Shown here piece after piece: positions 51,920 to 61,744 of a stretch of 64,000 bases of DNA. Source of the DNA: Vulcanimicrobiota bacterium. Lineage in GTDB: Bacteria; Vulcanimicrobiota; Xenobia; Xenobiales; JADMJV01. Location: assembly GCA_050250895.1 (NCBI GenBank), contig JBFWNU010000005.1, positions 384,001 to 448,000 of the forward strand. The letters run 5' to 3'. The translations under genes were made by a program, and so were the position numbers. Below the pieces are notes generated by a model, which was not told the origin of the DNA, did not search any database, and saw only the letters and a list, made by a program, of their open reading frames with translations. Numbering within the stretch: the stretch's first letter is position 1; the number at the start of each line of letters is the position of its first letter.

Positions 51920-53505
51920 GGCGTCGCCCGCGAGGTCTCTCGCTGGCCTCGGTGCTGGCCGTGGCCGCGCTGATGCTGTGCCTGGGCTTCACGGTGGTAG
52001 CAGTGGCCTTCAGCCATCTCGGTCTGGGCAACCGAGTCGAGCACCAGGCCAGGGCTCGTAACGTGGCCGAGTCGCTCCTGGCCCAGGCGGTAGAGCGTTT
52101 GATCTTGGCCCAGCAGAACGACCAACCCCTGCCGCCCCGGATGGCTCTCAGCCAGGGCGAGGCCGCGGCGCGATTGTTTTTTGAGCCCGAGCAGACAGAC
52201 ATTCCCGTGTGTACCGATAACCTCGGTAATGACAACGCGGTCGAAGGCACCGCCGGGACGGTAGTGCCAGCCCACACGGCCCACCTGGTGGCCGAAGGTC
52301 GCTCGGGCGGAGTGCGGGTGCTCATGGAGTGTTTGGTGGGCGTGCCTCGCTATCCTTACGGTATCGCCTCCAACGGTCGCCTGGTCTCGCGCGGAAACCT
52401 GGTGGTGGGGGCCGTTGACTCACTCCAGGATGCTCTCGAGGAGAACGGCTTTTCCGAGGCCGATGTGGTGGCCAACGCCAACTCGGCAGACGCGGTCGTG
52501 CTCGAAGGTCAGGCGTTGATCACGGGTAATCTACGCTCGGCCGGGGGCGTGCGCCTCTCGGAGCAGGTGGAGGTTCGCGGCGAGGTGCGCTCGCACGGCG
52601 GTCGGGTCTCGATTCCGAGGCTCGAGGTGGGCGAGTTCGACCCTCTCGCCCGCGGCCAGACCAACGTGCGCGAGTTGGGCGAGGCGTTTGTCGAGAATCC
52701 GGTGCTGGGTGGTTACGTTCGTCGCCAGGGCGACCTGACCGTGCGCGGTGATGCTCGCCTTGACGGAGCGGTGCTCTTTGTTGACGGCGACCTCGATATT
52801 CGTGGAGGCATCGACGGTCGAGGCGCCATCTTCGTGACCGGCACTACCCGCATCGTGGGCAGCGCTAATTTGCGGACCGACAACGCCGCCGCGCTGGTGA
52901 GTGCGGGCGACGTTACGCTGGTGGGCGAGGGTGAGGGTCAGTCCTTCTTCCAGGGCCTGATCTACACCGAGGGGAGCTTGACGGCGTCGAACATTCGCCT
53001 GGTGGGGGTCTTCCTGGCGGCCGGTGAAGAAACTCAGGCGACCATCGGTGTCGAGAACGTGGGCTTGCTCGAACTGCCTGAGTACGCTGACCTTGATTTG
53101 AGCGCCGATGGAAGAATGGCGTTGCATTTCGACTCGAATAGCGGCGAGTTCCGTGGGGTCGAGCCCCAGGGGGAGATCGCCGGGCTTCCCGAGGGCGTCC
53201 TTCGCGTCGAGGTCCGCAAGGTCGGCCATGACTTCGTCGTCAATAATCCGGCCACCGGTTTCCAACTCACGGCCGTCGACCCTGCGGCCGCGGTGGAAGC
53301 TCTCGAGGCCGCCCTGCGCCTCGAGGTGCCGGGCTTTCAAGCACTGCAACACGGTGACGGTCAACAGGTGAGCACGCTGATCTCTAACCACCTCGAGCGA
53401 GCTGCCGGCGGGCCCGACAGCCGGTTGGACTTTCGCCTCAATCTCAACGAATTTCTCCCCTTTTCCGAAAGGGCCCGGGTTCTGCTTTGGCGAGAGATGC
53501 CCTGA
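51916..53505 (+). CDS. PilX-like N-terminus protein with beta-solenoid (bactofilin-like) repeats
   Basis: RGLSLASVL pilin-like start; repeated V.GDL/I.G motifs. Confidence 0.7.
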   Translation: MRRRPRGLSLASVLAVAALMLCLGFTVVAVAFSHLGLGNRVEHQARARNVAESLLAQAVERLILAQQNDQPLPPRMALSQGEAAARLFFEPEQTDIPVCTDNLGNDNAVEGTAGTVVPAHTAHLVAEGRSGGVRVLMECLVGVPRYPYGIASNGRLVSRGNLVVGAVDSLQDALEENGFSEADVVANANSADAVVLEGQALITGNLRSAGGVRLSEQVEVRGEVRSHGGRVSIPRLEVGEFDPLARGQTNVRELGEAFVENPVLGGYVRRQGDLTVRGDARLDGAVLFVDGDLDIRGGIDGRGAIFVTGTTRIVGSANLRTDNAAALVSAGDVTLVGEGEGQSFFQGLIYTEGSLTASNIRLVGVFLAAGEETQATIGVENVGLLELPEYADLDLSADGRMALHFDSNSGEFRGVEPQGEIAGLPEGVLRVEVRKVGHDFVVNNPATGFQLTAVDPAAAVEALEAALRLEVPGFQALQHGDGQQVSTLISNHLERAAGGPDSRLDFRLNLNEFLPFSERARVLLWREMP

Positions 53506-54683
53506 GGCTGCTGGTTCTGCTGGTGGTCCTCGGTCTGTCCGGACCCGGCTGGGCTCGCCAGGTGACCTTTCATACCCAGCCTGAGGGGGCCAGGGTCTAT
53601 CTCGAGAACTCGGGCCAGAGCGGAGGCGACTATCTCGGCCGCTCGGGCCAACCCCTCGAACTCGACCTGGCCAGGTTCGAAGGCCAGACCAGCTTCGATG
53701 TCCGCTTTGAGGCCGAGGGCCTGCCGCCACTCATCGTGACCTTGCGTCCCGAGTTTTTTCTGCAGCACGACCACTATCCTGAACGGGGTGTGGTCTTGTT
53801 AGACGATTCTGGTTGGCCCAAGTGGCCTTGGGGCCTGCTGGTCCTGCTGGCCGTGGCCGCCTGGCGCTGGCGCGGGCGCAAGCTCGAGACCGACCCGTTG
53901 GTAGGCGCCAGCCTGGGACCCTACCGCCTGGGCTCGCGGCTGGGCAGCGGGGGAGGGGGCAACGTCTATCGGGCCGAGGGGCCGGCCGGGCGGGTGGCCG
54001 TCAAGGTGGCTGTGGCTGATCAGCTGGACCCCGGTGCCCGTCAGCGATTCGCCAGGGAGATCGAGAATTTCTCACGCCTGGAGCATCCGGGGATCCTGCG
54101 GCTGCTCGATCGAGGCGAGCAGGGCGAGTTGCTCTATCTGGTGACCGAACTCCAAGAGGCCAACCTGCGGGCCCGCATGGGCGCTCCCATGGCCTACCAG
54201 GAGGCCGTAGCCATCGTCCTGGAGTTGCTCGGGCCGCTCCAAGCTTTGCATCGGGCCGGATTGGTCCACCGTGACCTCAAGCCCGAGAATGTCTTGCTCG
54301 GTCGCGATGGGCTGGTGCTGGCGGATCTGGGTCTGGCGGGCGAGCACCGCACCAGTGGCTTCTCGTCCACTCGGGGCGGGCTGGGAACTCTCGGTTATGC
54401 CGCGCCCGAGCAACTCAGCGGTGAGCAGACCGATGCTCGCACCGATCAGTATTCCCTGGGAGTCGTCTTTTTCGAGCTGTTGACCGGCCGTTTGCCCTTT
54501 CCAACCCGGGGTGCCGAGGCGGTGGTGGCCCACCTCACCAGCGCCCCGCCCAGGCCCAGCGATTTCGCCCAGGGTCTCCCGGAGGGCCTGGACCAGGTGG
54601 TGGTGCGGATGCTCGCTAAGGTGCCGGCCCGCCGGTTTGAGGACCTTAGCCAGGTGGGTCAGGCACTCGAGGCGCTGGCTTGA
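53487..54683 (+). CDS. membrane Hanks-type Ser/Thr protein kinase with extracellular PEGA-like domain
   Basis: TQPEGARVY; GSGGGGNVY, VAVK, HRDLKPEN, DLG, APE, DQYSLG. Confidence 0.9.
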   Translation: MARDALRLLVLLVVLGLSGPGWARQVTFHTQPEGARVYLENSGQSGGDYLGRSGQPLELDLARFEGQTSFDVRFEAEGLPPLIVTLRPEFFLQHDHYPERGVVLLDDSGWPKWPWGLLVLLAVAAWRWRGRKLETDPLVGASLGPYRLGSRLGSGGGGNVYRAEGPAGRVAVKVAVADQLDPGARQRFAREIENFSRLEHPGILRLLDRGEQGELLYLVTELQEANLRARMGAPMAYQEAVAIVLELLGPLQALHRAGLVHRDLKPENVLLGRDGLVLADLGLAGEHRTSGFSSTRGGLGTLGYAAPEQLSGEQTDARTDQYSLGVVFFELLTGRLPFPTRGAEAVVAHLTSAPPRPSDFAQGLPEGLDQVVVRMLAKVPARRFEDLSQVGQALEALA

Positions 54684-56353
54684 GGCCGGCTCTGGTGGCT
54701 CTGGCCGTGCTGCTGGGCAGCAGCGCCTGGCTGGCTCCACTGCCCGACGGCTGGCGCACGGGCATCGGACTGGCCTCGCTGTGGTTGGTTGGGGCTGTAG
54801 CTTTCGCTCAGCAAAGAAGCGGGCCTCGGCCCCCACCCGCCGCTGGCGACGATCCCCAGGTGGCCCGGCTGGCCGAATCCCTGCGCGAGGTCTCCCAAGA
54901 GTGGCAGAGGTCGCGGGCCGAGCTTTCGAGTTCGAAAGATTATACCGAGCGGGTCTTGCGCTCGATCGGCAACATGTTGATCGTCGTGGGCCGCGACGGT
55001 TTGATCCAGTCGGTGAATGCGGCCGTGAGCGAGACCCTCGGCTACCCCGAAGCGGACCTGATCGGCCAGCCCTTGAGCCGGGTGGTGGCCGACTCGTCGC
55101 CCCAACAAGAGCTGCTCTTCACCGGTTCGGTGCGCCACATCGAGGCCGTCTATAAGGCCAGCAGCGGCGAAGAAGTTCCCGTCTTCTTCAGTTGTTCGGT
55201 AGTGCGCGATACCGAGGGAGAGTTAGAGAGCATCGTGACCGTGGCTCAGGACCTTCGCGACCGCAAGCGAGCCGAGGGCGCCCTGGCTGCCAGCGAGCAG
55301 CGGTTGCGGACCATTTTCGCTTCGGCGGCCATCGGCATGGCCCGGCTCGGCTTGGATTTGCGGCTCAGCCACCCCAATCGTGCCCTGCAGAAGATGTTGC
55401 AGCGCAGCGAGGCCAGCCTGGCCAGGGCTTCGCTCGACGAACTGCTGGCGCCGGCCGACCTCGACCGGCACCGCCGGTGTCTTGGCGAGCTTGGCGCGGG
55501 AGAGCGCCAGGTCTACCAGTTGGAGCACCCCTGGCTGCGGGCCGGAGGCGAGTCGTTCTGGGGCAATACCATCGTTTCCCTGGTGAGCGATGAGGGGGGA
55601 CAGCCTCTCTTTACGGTCCTGCTGGTCGAGGACGTCACCCGCCGGCGCGAGGCGGAACAGAGCCTGGCAGCGGCCCGCGAGCAGATCGACGAATACACCA
55701 CCACCCTCCAGGAGAAGGAGTTTCGTCTGCGCGAACTGTTCGAGCGATTGGTTCGTTCCCAGGAAGATGAGCGGCGGCTGGTGGCCAACGACCTGCACGA
55801 CGGAGTTCTGCAGTACGTCATCGCGGCCGAGTTACACCTCAAGGCCTTTCAGAATAGCCAGGGGGGTGAGGCCAACCCGAATCTCGAGAGGGGCATCCAA
55901 CGCCTGCGGGAGGCGGTGGTAGAGGGTCGGCGCTTGATTTTTAATTTGCGTCCCTCGACGCTCGACGATTTCGGCCTGCCAGAGACCCTCCGGCGCCAGT
56001 TGACCGAACTCGAGACCGACACCGGTTGTCGCTGTACCTTCGAGTGTGAGCTTGGCGACGAGGCTCTGCCTGGCCCGACCGAAACGACAGCTTATCGCAT
56101 CGTGCAAGAGTCGCTCAACAACATCGCCAAGCATGCCGAAGCCGATGAAGTCGAGGTCAGTCTGCGCCGGGGCCAGGACCGTCTCCAGTTGCTGGTCCGC
56201 GATAGTGGTATCGGCTTTGATCCCTCGGCCGAGCGCGTCGGGGTAGGGCTGCGCGCCATGCAAGAACGGGCCCACCTCATGGGCGGCTGGCTGGAGATCA
56301 ACAGTCGACCCGGTGGTCCCACCGAGATTCGGGCCGAGTTGCCGTGCGGCTAG
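54680..56353 (+). CDS. PAS-PAS HisKA_3 (NarX-type) sensor kinase
   Basis: ERRLVANDLHDGVLQ, LRP, QESLNNIAKHA, DSGIGF. Confidence 0.92.
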   Translation: MRPALVALAVLLGSSAWLAPLPDGWRTGIGLASLWLVGAVAFAQQRSGPRPPPAAGDDPQVARLAESLREVSQEWQRSRAELSSSKDYTERVLRSIGNMLIVVGRDGLIQSVNAAVSETLGYPEADLIGQPLSRVVADSSPQQELLFTGSVRHIEAVYKASSGEEVPVFFSCSVVRDTEGELESIVTVAQDLRDRKRAEGALAASEQRLRTIFASAAIGMARLGLDLRLSHPNRALQKMLQRSEASLARASLDELLAPADLDRHRRCLGELGAGERQVYQLEHPWLRAGGESFWGNTIVSLVSDEGGQPLFTVLLVEDVTRRREAEQSLAAAREQIDEYTTTLQEKEFRLRELFERLVRSQEDERRLVANDLHDGVLQYVIAAELHLKAFQNSQGGEANPNLERGIQRLREAVVEGRRLIFNLRPSTLDDFGLPETLRRQLTELETDTGCRCTFECELGDEALPGPTETTAYRIVQESLNNIAKHAEADEVEVSLRRGQDRLQLLVRDSGIGFDPSAERVGVGLRAMQERAHLMGGWLEINSRPGGPTEIRAELPCG

Positions 56354-56372
56354 ATAACGAACATTCGGACGC

Positions 56373-56401
56373 TTGCGCCCTCTGGGGGTGGGTGCTATAA
56401 T
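56373..56401 (+). promoter_or_regulatory. sigma70-type promoter of the rpsF operon
   Basis: TTGCGC-N17-TATAAT with extended TG. Confidence 0.75.
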
Positions 56402-56404
56402 ACG

Positions 56405-56490
56405 CCGAGCCTGCGGCCTCTGGCCGCAGAAACCCTTTCACTCTCGGGCTTCGTGCTTGAGAGTCATCAGTCCAAGGGAGGGACATAAAC
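56405..56490 (+). promoter_or_regulatory. structured rpsF 5' leader (candidate S6:S18 autoregulatory leader)
   Basis: Hairpins ctgcggcc/ggccgcag and actctc/gagagt; CCCTT can pair with AAGGG overlapping the RBS. Confidence 0.45.
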
Positions 56491-56491
56491 C

Positions 56492-56782
56492 ATGGCTTTG
56501 CGGAATTACGAAGTCACGTATATCCTGGATCCGACGCTGGGCGACGACGCTGTCGAAGGCCTCAAAGAGAAGTTTTCTCAGAACGTCAGCTCGGCCGGCG
56601 GCGAGATTCAAGACATCAAATCCTGGGGGAAGCGCCGTCTGGCTTACGAGCTCAACGGCCGCCTCGAGGGAATTTATGTGACGATGCGGTTCGACTCCGA
56701 CACGGGTACGGCCGCCGAACTCCGGCGCATCATGGGCCTCAGCGATGAGGTCATGCGCAGCATGTTCGTGCGGACCAACTAG
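56492..56782 (+). CDS. rpsF: 30S ribosomal protein S6
   Basis: RNYEVTYILDP, WGKRRLAY. Confidence 0.97.
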   Translation: MALRNYEVTYILDPTLGDDAVEGLKEKFSQNVSSAGGEIQDIKSWGKRRLAYELNGRLEGIYVTMRFDSDTGTAAELRRIMGLSDEVMRSMFVRTN

Positions 56783-56818
56783 TCGAGTCTATCGCCATCG
56801 TCTGAAAGGTGGTCTCCA

Positions 56819-57289
56819 TTGGCGAGCCTAAATCGAATCATCTTGATCGGCCGGGTGGCCAAAGTCCCCGAGCTGCGTTACACACCGAGCGGTGCGGCCG
56901 TGGCCAACTTCAGGTTGGCTGTCGACCGCAAGTTCAGCAAAAACAACGAGACGGATTTCATCCCGATCGTCGCCTGGCGGCGTCTGGCCGAGATTTGCAA
57001 CGAGTACCTCACTAAGGGTAAGCTCGTCGCCATCGAGGGCAGCCTGCAGGTGCGCACCTACGAGGACAAGGACGGCCAGAAACGCACGGCTTTCGACGTG
57101 GTCGCCGACGAGATGCAGATGCTCGACCGTGGCGCCGGTGGTGGTGGGGCGGGTGGCTCTGGAGAGCAACGCCAGCCCAACTACGACCGCGAACCGGTCG
57201 GGGCGCCAAGTGGGGGTGGAGGCTACGGCCAAGGTGGGGGCTACCCACCGATGGACGATGGTCTCGGCATCGACGACATCCCGTTCTAA
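56819..57289 (+). CDS. ssb: single-stranded DNA-binding protein
   Basis: LNRIILIGR, ELRYTPSG, C-terminal DDIPF. Confidence 0.97.
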   Translation: MASLNRIILIGRVAKVPELRYTPSGAAVANFRLAVDRKFSKNNETDFIPIVAWRRLAEICNEYLTKGKLVAIEGSLQVRTYEDKDGQKRTAFDVVADEMQMLDRGAGGGGAGGSGEQRQPNYDREPVGAPSGGGGYGQGGGYPPMDDGLGIDDIPF

Positions 57290-57312
57290 CCAACCGGGTC
57301 CATTCGGAGCCC

Positions 57313-57340
57313 AGGAAGGCGCCCCCGGGGGCGCCTTCCT
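57313..57340. other. perfect 28-bp palindrome between ssb and rplI
   Basis: aggaaggcgccccc|gggggcgccttcct. Confidence 0.85.
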
Positions 57341-57356
57341 TCGCTAGGAGACAAAG

Positions 57357-57809
57357 ATGAAAGTAATTTTGCTTCAAGACGTGAAGAAGCTCGGGGCCCG
57401 CGGTGACATCGTCGAGGTGGCCGATGGCTACGGCCAGAACTTCCTCTTTCCCCGACGTCTGGCAGCGCCAGCCACCGAGGGGGCGGTCAAGGCCCGCAAG
57501 AGCGAGATCGCGGCCGCCTCGGCCCGCGACCAGCGCGAGCGGGACGCCGCCAAGGATTGGGCCACCAAACTCGAGGCCAAGCCTCTCAACCTGAGTGTCA
57601 AAGCTGGTGAGGGCGGCAAGTTGTTCGGTTCGATCACCACCAAAGAGATTGCCGCCGGCATCAAGAAACAGCACGGCTATGTAGTGGACAAGAAGAAAAT
57701 CCATCTGCCCAAGCCGATCAAGAGTCTCGGGACCCATCAGGTGACCATCAAGCTCTATCCCAAGGTCACCGCCACGGTTACGGTCGAGTTGGCTCCCGAC
57801 GCATCATGA
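57357..57809 (+). CDS. rplI: 50S ribosomal protein L9
   Basis: MKVILLQDV..LG..G..V.V.DGY..NFL.P, GKLFGSIT, IKSLG. Confidence 0.97.
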   Translation: MKVILLQDVKKLGARGDIVEVADGYGQNFLFPRRLAAPATEGAVKARKSEIAAASARDQRERDAAKDWATKLEAKPLNLSVKAGEGGKLFGSITTKEIAAGIKKQHGYVVDKKKIHLPKPIKSLGTHQVTIKLYPKVTATVTVELAPDAS

Positions 57810-59707
57810 GTCGACGAAGCCGCTCGGGACCGAAGGTCGACTACGACCGTCAAATCACGATCCTGTTCAGCTTCTTGTCGAACCTGTACGGTCCCGACAA
57901 GTTGGTGCTCAAGGCTGGCAAGCTTGACGCCCTCAAGCTGATGCGCTCGGACAACGTGGGGGAACGGCTGCTGGCTTTGCAGCGGCTCGTCTTTGAAGAT
58001 CCGACCTTGTGCGATCTGCCTCTGTTGGAAGATTATCCCACCATCCTCAACCGGCTCGAAGAAGAGATCGCCGACGTAGTGGCCATGCGGACCGTCGAAG
58101 AGAGCCTCGATCGCAAGATCGCCAACAAAATGCAGGAGCGACACTTCGAGTATCTTCAAGAGCTGCGGCGTGAGGCGCTCAAAGAAGAGCACGGCCCCGA
58201 GAACTCGGCCACGCTCAAGCGCCTGGCCGAGCTCGAGGACCTCGAGGAGCGGGGGCTGGATGCGTCAGCTCTGGCCCTGATGCGGCCCCAGAACCTGTCC
58301 GAGGTCGTCGGTCAAGAAGAGGCCGTAGAGAGTCTGCTCACCAAGATCGGCACGCCCTATCCTCAGCACGTCATCCTGTATGGACCCCCCGGAGTGGGCA
58401 AGACCACCGTGGCTCGACTGGTCCTAAACGAAGTCAAGACCTACGCTTTCACGCCGTTCAAGCCCAGCGCACCCTTCGTCGAGGTCGACGCCACCACCGT
58501 CCGCTGGGACCCGCGCGAGATCACCAATCCCTTACTGGGCTCGGTTCACGACCCCATCTATCAGGGCTCGCGTCGCGATCTGGGCGAAGAGGGCATTCCC
58601 GAGCCCAAGCTCGGTCTGGTTACCAAGGCCCACGGTGGAGTGCTCTTCATCGACGAGATCGGAGAGCTTGACCCGATCTTGCAGAATAAACTCCTGAAAG
58701 TCCTCGAAGACAAGCGCATTCTATTCGAATCCTCGTATTTCGACGAAGACGACCCGCGCGTTCCCCAGTACATCCGGCGTCTTTTCACCGAGGGTGCTCC
58801 GGCCGACTTTATCTTGATCGGAGCCACCACCCGCGAGCCCGACGAGATCACGCCCGCCATCCGGTCGCGTTGCGCCGAGGTGTTCTTCAAGCCGCTGACC
58901 CCTTCCCAGACGCGCGATATCGTCAAAAACGCGGCTGCCCGGCTGGGCATCACCGTGCGCGCCGATGTGGCCGAGCTGATCAGCCAGTTCACCTCGGAAG
59001 GCCGCAAGGCCGTGCGGGTGTTGGCCGATGCCTACGGCCACGCCTACCTCCGTCGGGGCCGCGAGGCCGACAACGGGCGACTGGTGCTGACCAAGAAGGA
59101 CGTCTATGGCGTCATTCGCAATGACCGGCTGACCCGCAGTATCCAGGTGCACGCGAGCGTCGAAGGCGAGGTGGGTTGCGTCTTTGGCCTGGGTGTGCGC
59201 GGCTTCCTGGGATCGTGTCTCGAGATCGAGGCGGCCGCCTACAAGGCCCGCCACGACGGCAAGGGTAGCCTGCGCTTCAACGAGGCCGCCGGCCAAATGG
59301 CGAAGGACTCGGTCTTCAACGGAGCCAGCGTCATCCGCAAGCTGCTCGACAAAGATCTGGCCGACTACGATGTCCACGTCAACGTCATCGGCGGCGGCAA
59401 GGTCGACGGCCCCTCGGCCGGTCTGGCGGTGGTCACCGCGCTGGCCAGCGCCCTCGAAGGCCTGCCCGTGCCCCAGGACGTGGCCATGACCGGCGAGGTG
59501 TCGATTCAGGCCAAGGTCAAGCCCGTGGGCGGCGTGGCCGAAAAGCTTCACGGAGCCGTCCAGGCCCGCATGCGGGCGGCGCTGATTCCGGCCGACAACC
59601 TCGAAGAGGTGGCCGACCGCTTCTCGGACATCGAGATCGTGCCCGTTTCCCGGGTCGTCGATGCTTTCAAATTCCTCTGGCCCGACCGAGATTGGAGTGT
59701 TCGTTGA
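57806..59707 (+). CDS. lonC: Lon family ATP-dependent protease (LonC type)
   Basis: GPPGVGKT, RWDPREITNPLLGSVHDPIYQG, FIDEIGE, DGPSAG catalytic Ser, VGGV..K. Confidence 0.9.
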   Translation: MSRRSRSGPKVDYDRQITILFSFLSNLYGPDKLVLKAGKLDALKLMRSDNVGERLLALQRLVFEDPTLCDLPLLEDYPTILNRLEEEIADVVAMRTVEESLDRKIANKMQERHFEYLQELRREALKEEHGPENSATLKRLAELEDLEERGLDASALALMRPQNLSEVVGQEEAVESLLTKIGTPYPQHVILYGPPGVGKTTVARLVLNEVKTYAFTPFKPSAPFVEVDATTVRWDPREITNPLLGSVHDPIYQGSRRDLGEEGIPEPKLGLVTKAHGGVLFIDEIGELDPILQNKLLKVLEDKRILFESSYFDEDDPRVPQYIRRLFTEGAPADFILIGATTREPDEITPAIRSRCAEVFFKPLTPSQTRDIVKNAAARLGITVRADVAELISQFTSEGRKAVRVLADAYGHAYLRRGREADNGRLVLTKKDVYGVIRNDRLTRSIQVHASVEGEVGCVFGLGVRGFLGSCLEIEAAAYKARHDGKGSLRFNEAAGQMAKDSVFNGASVIRKLLDKDLADYDVHVNVIGGGKVDGPSAGLAVVTALASALEGLPVPQDVAMTGEVSIQAKVKPVGGVAEKLHGAVQARMRAALIPADNLEEVADRFSDIEIVPVSRVVDAFKFLWPDRDWSVR

Positions 59708-61143
59708 GCAAAACCTCTCAGGAGTTCGCATCGCTTCACATACCACCCCACAATATCGAAGCCGAACAGGCCTGCCTGGGAGCTTGCCTTATCGACCCCG
59801 AGGCCCTCGACCGTATCTCTGAGGTGCTCAGCGGTCCCGACGACTTTTATCGCGAGTCGCATCAAGATATTTATCGCGCCCTGGTGGCGCTGGCCGAAAA
59901 GAACCAGAACGTCGACCTCATCACCGCCTGCAATCAGCTGCGCGACATGGAAAAGCTCGAGTCGTGCGGTGGCCCCGCCTATCTCGACTCGTTGGTCAGC
60001 ATGGTCCAGAGTTCGGCCCACGTCACGGCCTATGCCACCATCGTGGCCGAGCGGGCCACCGAGCGCCGCTTGCAGCAAGCCGGTACGGCCATCACCCGCA
60101 TTGCCCTCGACGGCGATCTCACCCCGGCCACCAAAGTCGACCAGGCCGAGGAGCTGGTCTTCGCCGTGGCCGACCGGCGGCGCAACCAACAACTCGAGCA
60201 GATCAAGCCGGTGCTCGAGGCTACCTTCGAAGAACTTTACGAGCGCTACCAGAACCAGACCCGCGTCACCGGCGTTTCGACCGGATTTCGCGATCTTGAC
60301 GAGCTGACCGCCGGTCTGCAGAAATCCAACCTGATCATTGTGGCGGCCCGTCCGGCCATGGGTAAGACCGCTTTCTGTCTGTCGCTAGCTCAGAACGTGG
60401 TGCTCAACAAAGATGACCCCCGGGTGGTGGCCGTTTTCTCGCTCGAGATGTCGACCTCGGAACTTTGCCAGCGCGTGCTGTGCTCGGTGGCCCAGGTGAA
60501 CGCCATGGATGTGCGCCGGGGCAATCTGCGTGACAACGAGTGGCAACGCATCACCCGAGCCATGAATCTGCTCACCGATGCCCCCCTCTTCATTGACGAC
60601 ACGGCTGGCATCACGCCGCTGGAGATGAAAGCCAAGTGCCGCCGCCTGCAAAAGCGCCACGGTCTGGACCTGATCATCATCGACTATCTTCAGCTGATGC
60701 GGGGTAGCGGCAAGATCGAGAATCGCGTCCAGGAGATTTCGGCCATCTCGCGTCAATTGAAGATGCTGGCGAAAGAACTCAACATCCCCGTGATCGCACT
60801 GTCTCAGGTCGGCCGCGGGGTCGAGGCTCGCCAGGACAAGCGCCCCTCGCTGTCTGACCTGCGTGAGTCCGGCGCTATCGAGCAAGACGCGGACGTGGTG
60901 ACCTTCATCTATCGCGATGAGTATTACAACCCTCACACCGAAGACGTGGGTGTGGCCGAGGTCATCATCGCCAAGCAGCGCAACGGCCCGGTCGACACCA
61001 TCAAGCTTTCGTTCGTGAAGCGCTTCGCCGCTTTTCGCAACCTCGAGAGTGCCCTCGAAGCGCCACCCCCCAGCCCCTTCGTCAAGCCCCCAGGCGACGA
61101 CGCCTTTGTCGAACTCGAGGACATGCCCGAGATTCCGCTCTAA
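59692..61143 (+). CDS. dnaB: replicative DNA helicase
   Basis: PPHNIEAEQ, ARPAMGKT, SLEM, IDYLQL, LSDLRESGAIEQDAD, KQRNG. Confidence 0.97.
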   Translation: MECSLSKTSQEFASLHIPPHNIEAEQACLGACLIDPEALDRISEVLSGPDDFYRESHQDIYRALVALAEKNQNVDLITACNQLRDMEKLESCGGPAYLDSLVSMVQSSAHVTAYATIVAERATERRLQQAGTAITRIALDGDLTPATKVDQAEELVFAVADRRRNQQLEQIKPVLEATFEELYERYQNQTRVTGVSTGFRDLDELTAGLQKSNLIIVAARPAMGKTAFCLSLAQNVVLNKDDPRVVAVFSLEMSTSELCQRVLCSVAQVNAMDVRRGNLRDNEWQRITRAMNLLTDAPLFIDDTAGITPLEMKAKCRRLQKRHGLDLIIIDYLQLMRGSGKIENRVQEISAISRQLKMLAKELNIPVIALSQVGRGVEARQDKRPSLSDLRESGAIEQDADVVTFIYRDEYYNPHTEDVGVAEVIIAKQRNGPVDTIKLSFVKRFAAFRNLESALEAPPPSPFVKPPGDDAFVELEDMPEIPL

Positions 61144-61296
61144 GCCGCGACGACTTTGTCGTCGAGTGGGGAGCGCTCGCTTTGCTCGCGAGAGAGGAGC
61201 GCCGGCTGCGCCGTCGAGGGGGGAGCCGGGCTTCGCCCGGGGAGGGGAGCGCTAACTTCGCTTGCGCTCGTTAGCGAGATTTTGAGGGACTCGACG

Positions 61297-61744
61297 CTGC
61301 GCGTCGTAACACTGGGCGGCTTGGCCGCTGAGCCTTCGCGGCGGGACTCGGGGGCGGCTTGGCCGCTGAGCCTTCGCGGCGGGACTCGGGGGCGGCTTGG
61401 CCGCTGAGCCTTCGCGGCGGGACTCGGGGGCGGCTTGGCCGCTGAGCCTTCGCGGCGGAACTCGGGGGCGGCTTGGCCGCTGAGCCTTCGCGGCGGAACT
61501 CGGGGGCGGCTTGGCCGCTGAGCCTTCGCGGCGGGACTTGGGGGCGGCTTGGCCGCTGAGCCTTCGCGGCGGGACTCGGGGGCGGCTTGGCCGCTGAGCC
61601 TTCGCGGCGGGACTCGGGGGCGGCTTGGCCGCTGAGCCTGCGCGGCGGGACTCGGGGCGGCTTGGCCGCTGAGCCTTCGCGGCGGGACTCGGGGGCGGCT
61701 TGGCCGCGAGCCTGCGCGTCGTAACACTGGGCGGCTTGGCCGCT
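61297..61744. repeat. 38-bp tandem repeat (~11 copies) bounded by 33-bp direct repeats
   Basis: ttggccgctgagccttcgcggcgggactcgggggcggc at 61321, 61359, 61397 ... 61700; ctgcgcgtcgtaacactgggcggcttggccgct at 61297 and 61712. Confidence 0.93.

Noticed and set aside
61297-61744. CRISPR array
   Set aside because: The 38-bp units are contiguous with no unique spacers, and there are no cas genes in the window.
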